Origin: Octopus sinensis
Taxonomy: Eukaryota
Assembly: GCF_006345805.1 (NCBI RefSeq)
Contig: NC_042999.1
Location: forward strand, 140,182,001 to 140,246,000
Direction of reading: 5' to 3'
DNA length: 64,000 bases
In this document: positions 12,401 through 58,290 of the stretch, piece by piece
How positions within the stretch are numbered: the stretch's first letter is position 1
Layout of the letters: the number at the start of each line of letters is the position of its first letter
Made by a program: the position numbers and the translations under genes
The notes under the pieces: generated by a model
What the model was told of the DNA's origin: nothing
Database searches by the model: none
The model's input: the letters and a program-made list of their open reading frames with translations, nothing else

Positions 12401-15400
12401 TTTTTTTTTTATCTTTCTGCTGTTTTATTTTTCTAATTAACCTGTAGAACTTTCAGGAATTGTCAGTAGGACAGCATGAAAAACTCTAACATCTGATATT
12501 TCAAGTAATATTTTATGTTGAAGTCCCTCATATTTGAGATGAGAATGGCTTGCATATAACCAAAATCTTTTTTCATTTTAAAAGACAGGAATTTATTTAT
12601 TTAATTTTTACTAATAAAGCTCAGATTTTTGCCTCATGAGTTTTGGACAATTATTTAAATTACATGGAATTGAAAATTCTAAATTGTGAAATGAATTTTT
12701 TACTCCCAAATACATTTTCAGAATTTTGTCCAGAGCCCAGTTTTATATTTCTGTACATTTACAAAAAGAAATTGTATATAAATTCCAGCATATATTACTC
12801 AATATCTTTCTAGTCACACAAATTTAATCAAAATTCAAGTCTGATGCACCATCAATTCACATTAAAAACTAGATTTTTCTTTTCTTCTTTTTTTCCCCCC
12901 TCTTTTTTTTTTTTGATTGGAAGGGTGTAAAATTGACACAAGTAATTTTACAAATTGTGCAAAGCCTGAGCAATTGTCTGTACATGATTTAAGACATGCT
13001 TTCTTTTAATTATTATTGATGATAATAATAAAAGAATCCATAAACTATTGTATACAGTTTACCGATCCTTTGTTTTCCCAGTTAACATAAAATCTTAAAC
13101 AAGACAACCTCCAATCTGATTGCAGCTGTAATTGTATGGCTTTACACTCTGAAATCCTTGTGGACAAAATTTCAAATATTTTTTTAAGAAAATAAATTAA
13201 AAATCTTATTTAGTGAGTTTGTTATTTTTGTTTCTAGACGAGTTTTGATGAGGTGAGAGCCAACACAAAAAATAATAATGGGTGGCTTAAGGAGGTTTAC
13301 TCTACTAAACCTTCACTATCTTGCACACACAGGAAAAAAAGCAAAAGAAAATGTTTAATCAAATTGTTTTGCAGTTGTTTGAGCATGATACCATTTGAAG
13401 ATAAACTTAAAAACTCTACTGATGTATATAACTCTGAAGACATTTAGCTTTCCCTACATATTGGTTGTTTTTCCACTTTAGAGGGGAAGAGTGTACAGCT
13501 AAAATGCCAACTGCTCTACATACAAGTTTAATGTTGAGTGATTAATCAGTTTGTCTGGTTCAATGAACCAAAGCATGAATTTAACCAATTAACACAAAAG
13601 ATGCAATCCTTCATTTAGTTATTCTATAATGATCAATCATATAGATTTCACCTTACTTAGGATGGTTAATATTTGTTAATGCATACCAACAACCTCTTCA
13701 CCCCTTACTTCAGAAAATTTAAGAGACATACAAAAGTAAATCACAAGATAAGCAATTCTCTTTTGGCTATGCTGTGTTTTTTACTGTTTAAGTGAGAGCC
13801 TGCCTGCAAACTTATCTAAACTGTTAACAAATAACTGAATTTCCAAATAGAGAATTGCCTAACTGAGAATGTTACTTGTAACCAGTGAGCCACTATCAAT
13901 ACATCGTTGTTATGTAGGGCTATAACTACAGCTGGAAATATCTCCAAATAAAGAAATATGATATATTTAGGGTTTTCTTTGGAGGGGGTATTTTGTATGG
14001 AAACAAAATTCTTTACTAGACAGCCAAAAAAATTTTTCCAAGATAAAGGAAAGGGAATACATGTAAGTGTCAGTTATTAGAGAACAATCAGCTAAACTGC
14101 AATTCTCAACAACAAATTTTAGTGAATTATAGAGATGTTAAAGATGGTCACTAGAATTGGCAGGCTTAGAGACGGCCTGTGTTGGCACAATTTGGAAATA
14201 ATAAAAATAGAAGAAAAGGATCCTACTTGAAACAGTAGAGTTATGAGCCTCTTGAGTAGAAAAAATTATTTGTAGTCACCGATACTGTGATGGCCCCATT
14301 AGTGGGAATGTAACAGCAAAGTGTAAGCTAATGGGTCGTCGCAGAGTTAATGGCACAGTGTGACAGGGGTGTCATAATATTCATCACAAAATTCACAACT
14401 CCTCTGAAGGGGTTGGATGAGTAATGAAGAGTTCTAGTAAAAGTAGGGAATTCTGAGTAGTAAATTGAGGTCTTGAATGTGAATTATACTAAGGAACCAA
14501 GCTACTACCCACCCACTACCCTAGCAGAATGGAATGAATTAATTGGATCACAGGGATTAAGAAAATATACAAGTGAATATTAAAAAAACAACTAGGTTGC
14601 TTAAATGAAGAACATGTTTCAATCTCTTTTGGTTTAGATATGTGATAAAAAAAATTCTGAAATTTTCTTTTTAGCAAATTAGCGAGCTTGGAATTTTAGT
14701 GAGCTGTTATCAAAAGAATGAAGTATTGACCCTCTTTCTATAAAAATCCCAGGATGTTCCTTTGTTGGCACGAACATGATAGTTAGTAACAACAAACAAT
14801 ATCAACTGTGTTATTAGGAACAAGATTATAAGTGGAATATAGAAAAGTACAACATTTGTTTCTTCTCAGAATTCTTAGAGTAGCAAGAGGCAAGTGGTTG
14901 GCAACAGTTAAACACTAGTATAGGCCCACTCTGATATTCATTCTTTTGTAAAGATACCTTGTTTATTTCTCAAAGGTAGTGGGGAATATAGACATTAGTT
15001 CCTGTGACAGAATCATAAAGTAAAACCATATTCTGTCGTTCTTTTTTTTTTTTTACCAAGCTGAGGAGTGGTAAACAACATCAGTTGGTTTATCACACGG
15101 GATCCCGACCACATATGAACTCAAGTCCTTTAAAGTGAAATATAGCATAAATCTGTTTTTCTCCTTTTGTGTGTTGTGTGTGTGTGTATGCATGTTATAT
15201 AACCAGCTTACTTTTATAGTAAGGAGTGAACCTGCTATGATGCTTATTCAGAAAGCACACCAAATAGGATCTGGGTTAGCACCAAACATTTTTAAGGTTC
15301 CCAGTTACACAGTAAGTCTTCAGACTGCAAATAGAGAGGTTCTAATTTATAAAACAATTTTTTTCTGATCTCATTTTTCTCACACATAAATATAATTATA

Positions 15401-16182
15401 TATTTCCCTCTATTGCCCTTCTCTCTCTCACATGCTTTCAGTTTTGAGCAAATTACACATACACACATTAACATACATACATACACACACTTATAATGAT
15501 TAAATTTTTAAAATCTCAAAATCACTTTCCTCCTCCACTCCAATATTGATTGAAAGGTCATTAAAGAGTTAGAAAGGAAAAAAATAAACATTATGAGGTT
15601 TAAAGAAGAAAAAATCAAACATTGGCAGCGAAGTAAAAAGTTCACCAGTTTCAACAATGTTCTTTGATTCAGATTCTCACAGGTTTGAAACACAAAACAC
15701 AAGAATTGAAACACATACAAACATATACACACACACTTGAACATATGAATACATACAACCACACATACAGACATAAATCTAATGTTTACTGGCTGCAGAT
15801 CACAGACAGACAGACAGTCTCTTCAGCAACAATAAGGCCGTTGTATAGAACCAAGCAGTAGTATGAGATCTTAGCAAGGAAGAACTCAGTCTATCAAATT
15901 CATTCACATAAAACAACATCAATGTTTTTGTTTTGTTCATTTGTGTCATGTGTTTCTTTTTTTTTTTCTTTTTATTATTTCTGTATTGTTCAATGTAATG
16001 ATAACAATGATGACGATACTGATGATGGTGATAATGATGATGATGAAAGTGGTGGTGATTGATGATTAATAAGTCTTGATTGGGAATGGATGGAAGAATG
16101 GGAAGAGGAGATATGCTAAATCAACACCTGACACTGACAAGAGATATGTTTTTGCTACAGCCAGCTGTTTGAGATAAGGGAG

Positions 16183-46160
<29,978 letters not shown>

Positions 46161-46749
46161 CTGCAGAAAAAACACAATGATGAAAGAATAGAAGATAAAA
46201 GAAAAAAAGGGTGATGATTAAAAAAAAAATTATTAGATGGGAAAACTCCATAATAAAGCCTTGTATAAACCAACTTTAGACCTTTTGGTTGAGTTATAAA
46301 ATTCAGTTTTAACTCTCATTCTTCTTCCATCAATACCCTATGTGCCAACACCCACAACAGTACCCTTTCCTATGCAGATGATATCAACCTTCATTTCTCT
46401 CTAATCTCCCACAACCAAGTGTCATCTATATGCAACCTTATCACCTCATACAGAACCCTTTCTGACTTCACAAATAGAAATCTTGTAAACATTTTCTAAT
46501 GGGATCATATCTTCTTAAATAGCACAAAAACACAATTATTCAATCACTACACATATCAAGAAAACAACATATTAGCCAGTTATCACTAAACATGAACCGC
46601 ATGCAACTGAACCCTCAAAGTTACAACAAATGCTAAGCCTCCTCTCCACTGAGGATCAATGATGATGATTTCTTTTATCAGACACAAGGGCCCAAAATAT
46701 AGAAGACAAGATCAAAGGATGAACAATACAAAAGGTGGGGATTATATCA

Positions 46750-49012
46750 ATCTAAAGGAATCAACAACAAAATTATAATAAAAGATTTGAAAATAGAATT
46801 CAGAAAAATAAAATCCCCAATGGCAGAGCAGTTCACCAAGGGCGAATCAAGGGAAACCTCCCACACAAAAAGGCCCAGATTACTCTGCCATCTCCAAAGT
46901 ATCAAAAGTGCCCTCTTCAGTATCTTTCCTCCTGAATAGGAAAGCATACTTAGGGTAAGCTCTTTCAGACTCACCAGTCTTGCCACTCTCATCTACCTTT
47001 TGATAAACACACTAATCCGACCGTGGCCGTTGCCAGCCTCGCCTGGCACCTGTGCAGGTGGCACGTAAAAAGCACCCACTACACTCACGGAGTGGTTGGC
47101 GTTAGGAAGGACATCCAGCTGTAGAAACATTGCCAGATAAGACTGGAGCCTGGTGCAGCCTTCTGGTTTCCCAGATCCCCAGTCGAACCGTCCAACCCAT
47201 GCTAGCATGGAGAACGGACGTTAAACGATGATGATGATGATGATGATGATAACTAAAAGACAGTACCTCCCCTTCTACTATCATCTTCCTTTTCAAATGA
47301 AACTTGAAGAAGTTGATGAAAGCATGGCCAGAGAGGAAAGTGCCTATCATCAAACCTGCAAAAATACTAAGTACTTTTGAAAAAGTTGCCCATAGTCCCT
47401 GACCAGAAAGTCCGCCGGAAGGATGATCTCATCAATACCCAGAGCCAATCTATGACCATTGTCACTCATACCTTCAACTAATCTTTTATAGAAATTTGGA
47501 GTTGTTTTCCTGCTGATGACTTTACCCAACTGGAGAGTTCCTTGGTTTTCACTGACATCAACAACATTATAGTGATCCATATATTTCTGCAGGTGCATCA
47601 GCACATGCCAGCCCATCATAAAGGATGATATCCCAAGACCACCACAGAATAGGTGTGTTGACAGTAGATGGATTTCCTGACCAGGGGAACCTGATCCTTC
47701 CATAAGAAATAGAAAAGCAAGCACTCCAATCTGGCCAGATGTTTCTTGAGACAAAGTACAATGGTCAGAATAGTACACTAAAGCAACATATGCATTAGCT
47801 ACATCAACCTGACCTTTCAGAGACATTCCTCTCAACCCATTTTTGAGTAAGAGCAACCACTCTGCTCACTACCCTTTCTCAATTCCTTTCCATCTGGAGG
47901 TCTGGTCTGGTCTGAACCAGATTCTATACACTTTCCCTTGAGCCCTCAGTTAAGCAACAGAAATCACTACTGGTCAACACAGACTGGTCTCACCAAATGC
48001 TTAGTTGCAAGCCCACTGATTTGTTTTGGTTTATGTGTGCACCTGTACATACCTAGTATTCTCTCAGGTTGTGTTGATTGCTTCTACATCTGAAATGTCA
48101 GACACCATGACAGTGATGTCATCCACATATGCAGACAGGACTCTCCTGTGACTCAGTTCCAGTGAGATACCCCTTAAACTCTCTAGCACCAACATATACA
48201 GGAGAGAGGAGAGAGAAGCATCTTTGCTGGACCAAGCATTCAATATTGAAATATTCCATGAGGTGTCATTTAATTTGACTGAGCAGATATTACTGTACAT
48301 TGTGGTGACCCAGCTTCTGAAGACAGGACTGAAATTAACAGTTCTTAGGACAGCTGCCTAGTAATAACGGTACATCCTGTTGAATGGCTTGGACTGATCC
48401 AAATGACTAGCACTATGCCAAAGCCAAATCTATTCCCATCCAACTCTATGAGGTCCTTGGCATTGGTATTGTTGGTTTGTTGTTGTTCTTGTAATTGTTG
48501 ACTTGTCACCTCGGTTAAGTAACTTGGTGCACCTTTTTCTGAGTTATTGAGTTTGGTACTCACAAACTTTTGGGATTTGGGTCTTAAGTCAGTATATTCA
48601 CCAGTCACTCCTTTTCATCCTTTCTGAAGGTTGCACAACAGTCACCTATTTGGGTGATTTTGCATCATCCAAAGCTGCTTCTACATCCAAGGGCTCAGCT
48701 GGATTTGTACTTGATTTCTTCTGTATTGTTTATTGCTGTTAGTGATGATGGTAGTGACAAGGGATGAGTGCCCACACCTTTCTCTAAGTAGAAACATATT
48801 TTGTTACTTTCGTAGTTGCCACTACAGTCCTCTTTGTGATTGCTGCAGATCTGGCATTGGGAGCAGCAGTAGATATAATGTTAGGGTTTGTACCCTCCAA
48901 GACCACCTACATTTGCTTACACTCTCTGAAATAAAAGCCTTCAAGCATGGCCATTACTTGGTATCTACAAGGAGGTACATTTTTTACTCTGATTTTGGTC
49001 ACAAGATGTCCC
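46750..49012 (-). mobile_element. Internally deleted Tx1/L1-clade LINE (RT and C-terminus; ORF1-like remnant upstream)
   Basis: LDQSKPFNR, LSSLLYMLVLE, AYVDDITVMVSD, LINFFKFHLKRKM-type and C-terminal VFIKR*MRVARLV motifs; the endonuclease region is missing. Confidence 0.8.
47016..47251 (+). mobile_element. Family B element nested in the Tx1 ORF2 C-terminus
   Basis: (GAT)n tail; 5-bp TSD actaa (47011-47015, 47252-47256); removing it restores EVLSFSVFIKR. Confidence 0.88.
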
Positions 49013-51542
<2,530 letters not shown>

Positions 51543-52466
51543 GTCTCCATACAAACTCCTGAGAAGTACAGGCTGTTGTAGCCATCATACAAGCTTTCTG
51601 TTTACTGTTGCAGATAGCTACAAGAGTCCCGTGTTGCTTTCCTTGGGTAATATATACTATGGAAAGTCCCACTCCTTCTAGACATGACATTTCTCAATTT
51701 TGTCTGAAGATGGATATTATAGCTTCCTTTCTGACCAATTAATACACTTGTAAATAATGCTTCTCTTTTTTCCATACACACCATCTCCTTTACTGAACAT
51801 GACATGACTCCAGAGCAACAATATCATTTTTATATGTTCAACAGCATCTACATTACATTTCCGTGGATGTTTTTACCTTTATGGATTTGTCATTATGCCT
51901 GTTGATGATGCTGTCCTTATAGATTATGTTACTGTTGTTTAAGTTGCTGTCTTGTGGTGGTAGCAGCTGCTAGTTACTACTGTTGCTGTTGTTTATATTA
52001 TTGTTGTTGCAGCTGCTGGCACTGGTGCTGTTGAAGTTGCCCCTATAGCTACTGTTGATTGTTCTATCATTGTTGTTGATTTCCTGACTGATGTTAGACA
52101 TCTTCTTGTTACTGCTGTTGGTTTTGCTGTTTTTAGGTTCTTTGCTACTTTCAATGGAAAGTGGCTACCACCCCACATTGACTACATACTGGTGAATTAT
52201 TATAGCTAAAATTGTTTAGGTACAAAGAAGGAAAAGGGACAAGTACATTTTCTCCAAAAATCATTCCTCCATTTAAACTTGTGCTGGTCATTTAGTGAAG
52301 AAATTTTGTAAGAAACTATAAATCTGAAATGTTATGCAGCAGGTGAATGCCCATTCCATGATTAGAACAGGACGAAGCTTTCTCAGCAGAAACCCAGATA
52401 CATCCATGAAATAATGGTTACAATTGCAACAGCCATAAATGGAAAACGAAGAAGCCTGAAGTTTCG

Positions 52467-52610
52467 AGTAGGTGGCACTTATTTTATTGACACCAAAAGG
52501 ATGAAAGGCAATTGACATTGGAAGAATTTGAACTCAGAATGTAAAGATGGAATAAATACTGCAAAGCATTTTGTCTGGTGCAGAAACAATTCTGCCAACT
52601 TGCCACCTTA
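52467..52610 (-). mobile_element. SINE family A
   Basis: Reverse complement matches family head and core. Confidence 0.75.
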
Positions 52611-53409
52611 ATAATAAGGCAACACCAACGTCCTCTGAACAATTAGCCAGAGATGAATTTAAAATGAGAATATTTGAAATGAACTAAACTGCTCTCACAA
52701 ACGAGAAAACTAAAAATGAACCCAAACACTATCAATGATTAAGTAAAAAAACGGAAAAATAATCCAGAATCCTTGTCTGGTACTTGATCAATGCTAATGG
52801 TAGTCATGGAATGTGAAGGCAAGTTTGCGGGCCATGTTTGTAATGCTGTGTGTGTCATCTACAAGTGGGAACAGGGAGAGTTTTCTCTATGTAGGCCATT
52901 TTTTAGTCTATCCACTGATATAATTTCTTTACAACCAGTAAGGTCTATAGTGAAAAATTTATCCATGTGTGAAAGAGAATGGAAAGGACCTGCACACAGT
53001 GCTATTAACGGAGGTTTAACAACATCGTTGTGCACAAAAACTTGAGTCCAAGAAGTAAAGCTTCCTTCAAGGCAGGGCTAGAAATGCAATTGCCAAGTAG
53101 GTAAGAGGTTTTAAACAGCAGTGATATATTCAAAATTGGTAAAACTAAAAACTGTCAAGGATAAATTAAATCTATTATCATTACTGAATATGTTAGTGTT
53201 ATTTAATTTCTGAATGGTTTCACTGCCATTTGTTTATGTAGTTTGATTTCTTTATCCATCAGTTTCTACTAAGATAGAGACACGAGTAAAATTAATAATA
53301 GAGAAATGAAAATAAAACTTTGGAAACAGCAATGCCACTAGCTTACGTGGAAACCATCAGTGTACTTTCAAGGGAGATATTACATGTAAAGTAAAGTAAA
53401 TATAACAAA

Positions 53410-53650
53410 TAATCCAAAATCCTTGTCCGGTACCAGATCGATCCCAAAATCTAATCAGTTCATGCCAGTCACAAGGCCAAACATCCCTGAAAATTTCATC
53501 CAAATCCATCCAGCAGTTCTTGAGCTATCTTGTCCACGGACAAACAAACCAGCAAAAAAACAAACACAACTGAAAACAATACCTCTGCCTTTATTATTAC
53601 CTTATTAAAGGATTATTATTACCTCTACTAAAGCAGAGGCAATAATAATC
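53410..53650. mobile_element. Unclassified non-autonomous DNA element (Helentron/Crypton-like) with terminal hairpin
   Basis: aaatttcatccaaatccatccagcagttcttgag...acaaacaaac; hairpin ttattacctct-actaaagc-agaggcaataa; partial second start at about 52760. Confidence 0.4.
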
Positions 53651-53651
53651 C

Positions 53652-53858
53652 TTTCTACTAAAGGCATGAAGCCTGAAATTGGGGGGGATGAGTCAATTAC
53701 ATCAACCCCAGTTTCTCACTGGTACTTAATTTATTCACCTGAAACGGATGAAAGGCAAAGTTGACCTCAGCAGAAGTTGAACTGAGAACATAGTGATAGG
53801 TGAAATACAGCTAGGCATTTCGCCCAACATGCTAACAATTTTGCCTGCTCACTGCCTT
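53652..53858 (-). mobile_element. SINE family A
   Basis: Reverse complement matches the family. Confidence 0.75.
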
Positions 53859-54179
53859 AATAATGATGATGATGGTGGTGGATTCTTCCATTGTATGAGT
53901 GATCTGTTTTTTTGCTGAACGGCCTGCAAAGTGATCTGTTTATAGTCGTTAAACATATGTGCTGTACATTAGCTTGCTCACTCCATCAAATTGGCATTGC
54001 CTGAACAGGTGCACAACGTAACATGTGTCAGATGTCAAAGTGATTGCAGAGCAATGCAAGATTAAGTGTTTTGCAAAAAGAACATAAAGCACCACCCGGT
54101 CTAGGAATTGAAATCACAATCTCGCAATCATGCCTAATCACTAGGCCATGCACACCACCACCACCACCACCAACAGCAA

Positions 54180-54620
54180 CAATAATAATTATTACGTAAA
54201 TGTAGCAAGAGGAATGGTGTGCTTGATATGCAGGAGAGGGGTAAGTATAAATGCCATATACTGTACCAAATGTAAGCTATGGACATAGAAGTTCGGTGGA
54301 ACCACAAGCAGACTAACAACAAAAGTAAGTAACATATGTGACAGACACAGTGGAGCAGTGCATACTATAAGCATGCCAAAAATAGATTCTCTTAAATGTA
54401 GATGGCTTGCTAGATGTAGTCAATAGCCTTTGTTTCCAAAAAGATGCAATTAGCATGAGAAGTGATGGTTCTAAAAGTTTAGTAACCAGAGTGAGAATAG
54501 ATTGAAGACAACAAGGGTTGAAGGGCAAAATATATGACACTTGTGTTCATGCTGCATGGTAGTTAGACATAGACTTCAAATGCAAAAGACTTGAGAATAC
54601 TGGAAAGAAATGAAGCTAAC
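54180..54620 (+). mobile_element. Old RTE LINE C-terminal remnant
   Basis: CRRGVSINAIYCTKCKLWT resembles the RTE motif CRKGVGRNSIRCTQCKLWTH. Confidence 0.55.
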
Positions 54621-54722
54621 ATGTAAAGTTAAAGAAGTTATTAAAAATTGAAACCCATCAGTGCCTTTTGGGACACCTTGTGTATGTATGTATATGTGTG
54701 TGTGTGTGTGTGTGTGCGTGCG

Positions 54723-55134
54723 AAGTATATTTGCGACTTAAATGTGGCTAACCACTAAGGGTGGATGCTACTGTAGCTTATAGCCCCATGGGGAACATCT
54801 CCAGGTGGTTATTGACACACTTTCCCTGCCCTATCAGTATTTGCAAAGGGAAGCCATCCTTCCCATCGTCGACCTGACGTGATACACATGGACCCGGGTT
54901 TCTGAGTATTTACCCGTCGTCAGTGCACAACAATCACCAGTCTTCGATGTGAAGGAGTCCCAATGCAAATACATATATCCTTTTTCCAGTGACGAAAAGT
55001 CACTAATCTCGAAAAAGTGTAAACAAGCAATAATAAATCTCTGAACGAAGTATAAACAGTAGCTGCATGACAATATAAAGTATATTTGCCACTTAATGTG
55101 GCTAACCACTAAGGGTGGATGCTACTGCAGCTTA
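54723..55134 (-). mobile_element. Penelope pLTR / retrozyme-like unit: 355-bp period bounded by 57-58-bp direct repeats, carrying a hammerhead motif
   Basis: 54723-54780 matches 55078-55134 (2 substitutions, 1 indel); adjacent (TG)n; hammerhead core inside. Confidence 0.65.
54885..54930 (-). ncRNA. Type I hammerhead ribozyme motif (possibly decayed)
   Basis: Minus strand reads CUGACGA-CGGGU(AAAU)ACUCA-GAA-ACCCGGGU-C: all core nucleotides present, 4-bp helix II, palindromic helix III, GUC cleavage triplet; helix I pairing is poor. Confidence 0.65.
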
Positions 55135-55348
55135 TTTTAATACAATATTTATGTGTACATTTTCACAAATGTTTGTTTGAGTATAATTCTACACATGTGT
55201 GAAACATCGGACGAAAGTGAAACATTGGAAGCAAATCGAAATATTGTCCAAATATGACCTCAAAATTGTGCGACCCAACCTAGTTGCCGAGGTTATTTTA
55301 GTTGTAAAAAAAGAGTTATGGAGTCAAAAATATAGTTTATTTGGTAGA

Positions 55349-55626
55349 TCTATTATATAAAATCCATTCTGTCTGTCTGTTTGTGTGTCTTCTAGGATCT
55401 CGGGTATCCTCCATCCAATTGCGCTGAAATTTGATATGTAGATACCGACGGTATCGAGGCGTGTATAAGTCTTGAAAAAATTACAAAAATCGATTCCAGG
55501 TGAGAATGCGATCGATAAAGCCATGGGAACGTGCATTTGTACATGCAAGTACATCAGCTGTTGTGATCAATAATATGCATACGCGAGAAAAGTGCAAGTG
55601 CAGTTTGCACAAAAAAAGCCGGCTAG
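55349..55626 (+). mobile_element. Mini-Helitron (non-autonomous, 278 bp)
   Basis: A|TC 5' end (TCTATTATATAAAA...TGTCTGTCTGT); gtgcaa/ttgcac hairpin ending 12 nt before a terminal CTAG; 3' flank is C rather than the canonical T. Confidence 0.6.
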
Positions 55627-56199
55627 CTTGAAATAATGCCACAAAATGCAGCATATTTAAGAGACCAAAAAAGTAAGATGCAAAAGAGATATTTTCTTCA
55701 AACTTAGCATGAAGGAAGGAAAGACTATTTGGTTTCTCAAGAAGTTTTTTTGCCTTAACTTTGTTTAACAAAACCAAAAATTTTATTGAAATAAAGGTAT
55801 GCTTAATTATTTTTTAATGAAAAGAAAACACTGATTGCTTTTTATTCAGCAGATATGATTCAGCACCGTTCATTGGACGGGGGGGGGGCGTTTTGCTCAT
55901 AGATAATAAGCTTTCTTTATTATAATACAGATGTGACTAATTTGGAGAAACATTACTTTCATTATTCATATATCATCACTCTCATAATGCAACACTTTGT
56001 AATTTTGGTTCAAACTGAAAGTATGAAACTATTTTCATTTTCCAATGAAACCTGGTCATTGTAGAGAAGTGTATTTGAAGTAACTATAGCTGGTTGTTGA
56101 GATAACATAGAAAATATGTAAATGAAAATATAATTTATCTGACATGTGTAATTCATTTGATTATTTTGGTCTTGATAAGAATAGAAGTCATTTGACAAC

Positions 56200-58290
56200 A
56201 CCTTTCTGTTTGTAATTGAAATACATAGCAAACAATATAGTAGCAGGAATATCACCTTGTTTTACACCATTTTCTACAGAAATTGGATCTGATAAGGTAC
56301 TTCCAACATTAACTCTCACTTCCATCGTCATGAAACTGTCTAAGCATTCTCACAAATTTTTCAGGGCATCCTAGCCTATTCAGGATCTCACAAAGTGCAA
56401 TTCTATTGATAGAATCAAATGCTTTTGTTAGATCAATGAAAACCTGATATAAGTCCATATCCTGTTCAATGCACTTCTCTTGCAACTGTCTAGCTGAAAA
56501 TATCATATCCATAGTACTCCTACTATCCCTAAACCCACATTGCGATTCTGGTAGAACCTCATCAGCAATGTGCAGAAGCAATCTGTCCAGCATTACCCTA
56601 CAGAGGACCTTTCCAGCAGCAACTAACAGAGAGATGCCATGATAATTATCACAGACATCCTTTCCACCTTTAGATTTATATAGTATCTCCATAGTTGCAT
56701 CATGCCAATCTGGAGGAACATCTTCATTATGCCATACCCTCTGAATCACATGCATCAACATTGTACAGAGATGATCACCACAATATTTATATATCTCTGC
56801 ACCTAGTCCATCCATACAAAGGGCCTTTCCACTGTTCCATTTCCTGATTGCTGCTTTTATTTCAGACAGGTTTGGAACTTCTGCTATAAGATGTTTTATT
56901 GGTCTCTCAGATATATTATCAAGAAAAAGAGAGGTCAACTTCAGTGGGTCTATTGAGCAACTCATCAAAATGTTCTTTCTATCTTCCAACAATATCTTTA
57001 GAATTCGTTACTCTGAAGTGGTGCTTACTCTGAAGTGGTGCAACCTTTGATGAAACTGGTCCATAAACTTTTTCAAGAGAGTAAAAAAGTTTGGAATTGT
57101 TAGCATTTGGAACTTGGATTTCACTGCACCAATTTTCCTGCATCATCCTCAGCTTCCTCTACACTGTTGCTTTTACTGCCTTGAAATATGTAGCCACTAT
57201 CTGTTTGCTGAGATGTCAAACATTTTGCAACATGTTAAATGCCTTTCGCTTCTCCTCTAAGATAAGACTAACTTCATCACTATTGTCAAACCAATCTTGG
57301 TGTTTTTTTTTACAACAAAACCAAGAATGTTACTACAAACCTCGTATACTCTTTCTTTGAATGACTTCCAACTTCCATCACAGGACAAATTATTTATCTC
57401 ACTCACAAACTCATTGCGTACTGACAGAATCTTAAGTTTATTGACATCAATCCGTTTAAGTAACTTGTCATTATTTGCTCTAACCTTAGGCTTGACAACA
57501 AAATTCACCTCGGCACACAAAAGCCTATGGTCATTCCAGCACTCTGCACCACACATCACTTGTACAATAGCACAGTCCCTAGTATCTCGTTTCCTGGTGA
57601 GGATGTAATCTATAAGATGCCTATTTTCTTAGAACCAGGATGCATCCATGTTTTATACTTATTCTTTAGTTGAAACATTGTATTCATGATAGACAAATCC
57701 ATCTCTACGCACATTTGTAACAGTAGTGAACCATTACTGTTGGAACTTCCAACCCCATGCTTTCCTAAGACACTCCAAGTCTCCCAATCTGCACCAACAC
57801 GAGAGTTAAAATCACCTAAAATGACAACTTCAATCATCATGAGGGATAGTGCATATAATCTCTGTAAGTGATAGACAGAAGGCAAGTTTATCATCCTCTG
57901 ATGAATTCTTAGTTGGAGCATATGCACTTATAAGTGTTGCATAGCAGCCTTTTCTTAACGGAAGTCTTAAAGATATCAAACGATCAGAATGACCATATGG
58001 TAGTTCTTCAAGTTTTGAAACCAGAGTAGTTTTGATTGCAAATCCCACTACTGATTCTTTCTTATATGTTTCCTCTCTACTGCTCCAAAATAAATGATAC
58101 CCAGCAGATTTCTCTACAAAATTCCATTTTCCATCAATTCTTGTTTCAGCTAACACTACAACATCCATATATCACTGTAACTCTTTTGCAACAAGCACAG
58201 ATCTTCTCTCTGGAGATTTCAGACAATCATTGTCTAATAATGTTCAAACATTCCAACATCCTATATTCATAGGCTTGCATTTTAACCTGA
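56200..58290 (-). mobile_element. RTE-clade LINE, degenerate: endonuclease plus N-half of RT; 3' part missing
   Basis: DVVVLAETR, SAYAPT, ILGDFNSRVG, ESQCGFR, FIDLTKAFDS and GVKQGD motifs with frameshifts. Confidence 0.92.

Noticed and set aside
14292-14340. cccattag...ctaatggg stem as a pre-miRNA
   Set aside because: Only about 8 bp pair and the interior does not extend the stem.
57010-57043. 17-bp tandem duplication ttactctgaagtggtgc (and a 19-bp one near 16667-16703)
   Set aside because: Ordinary slippage duplications with no sign of function.
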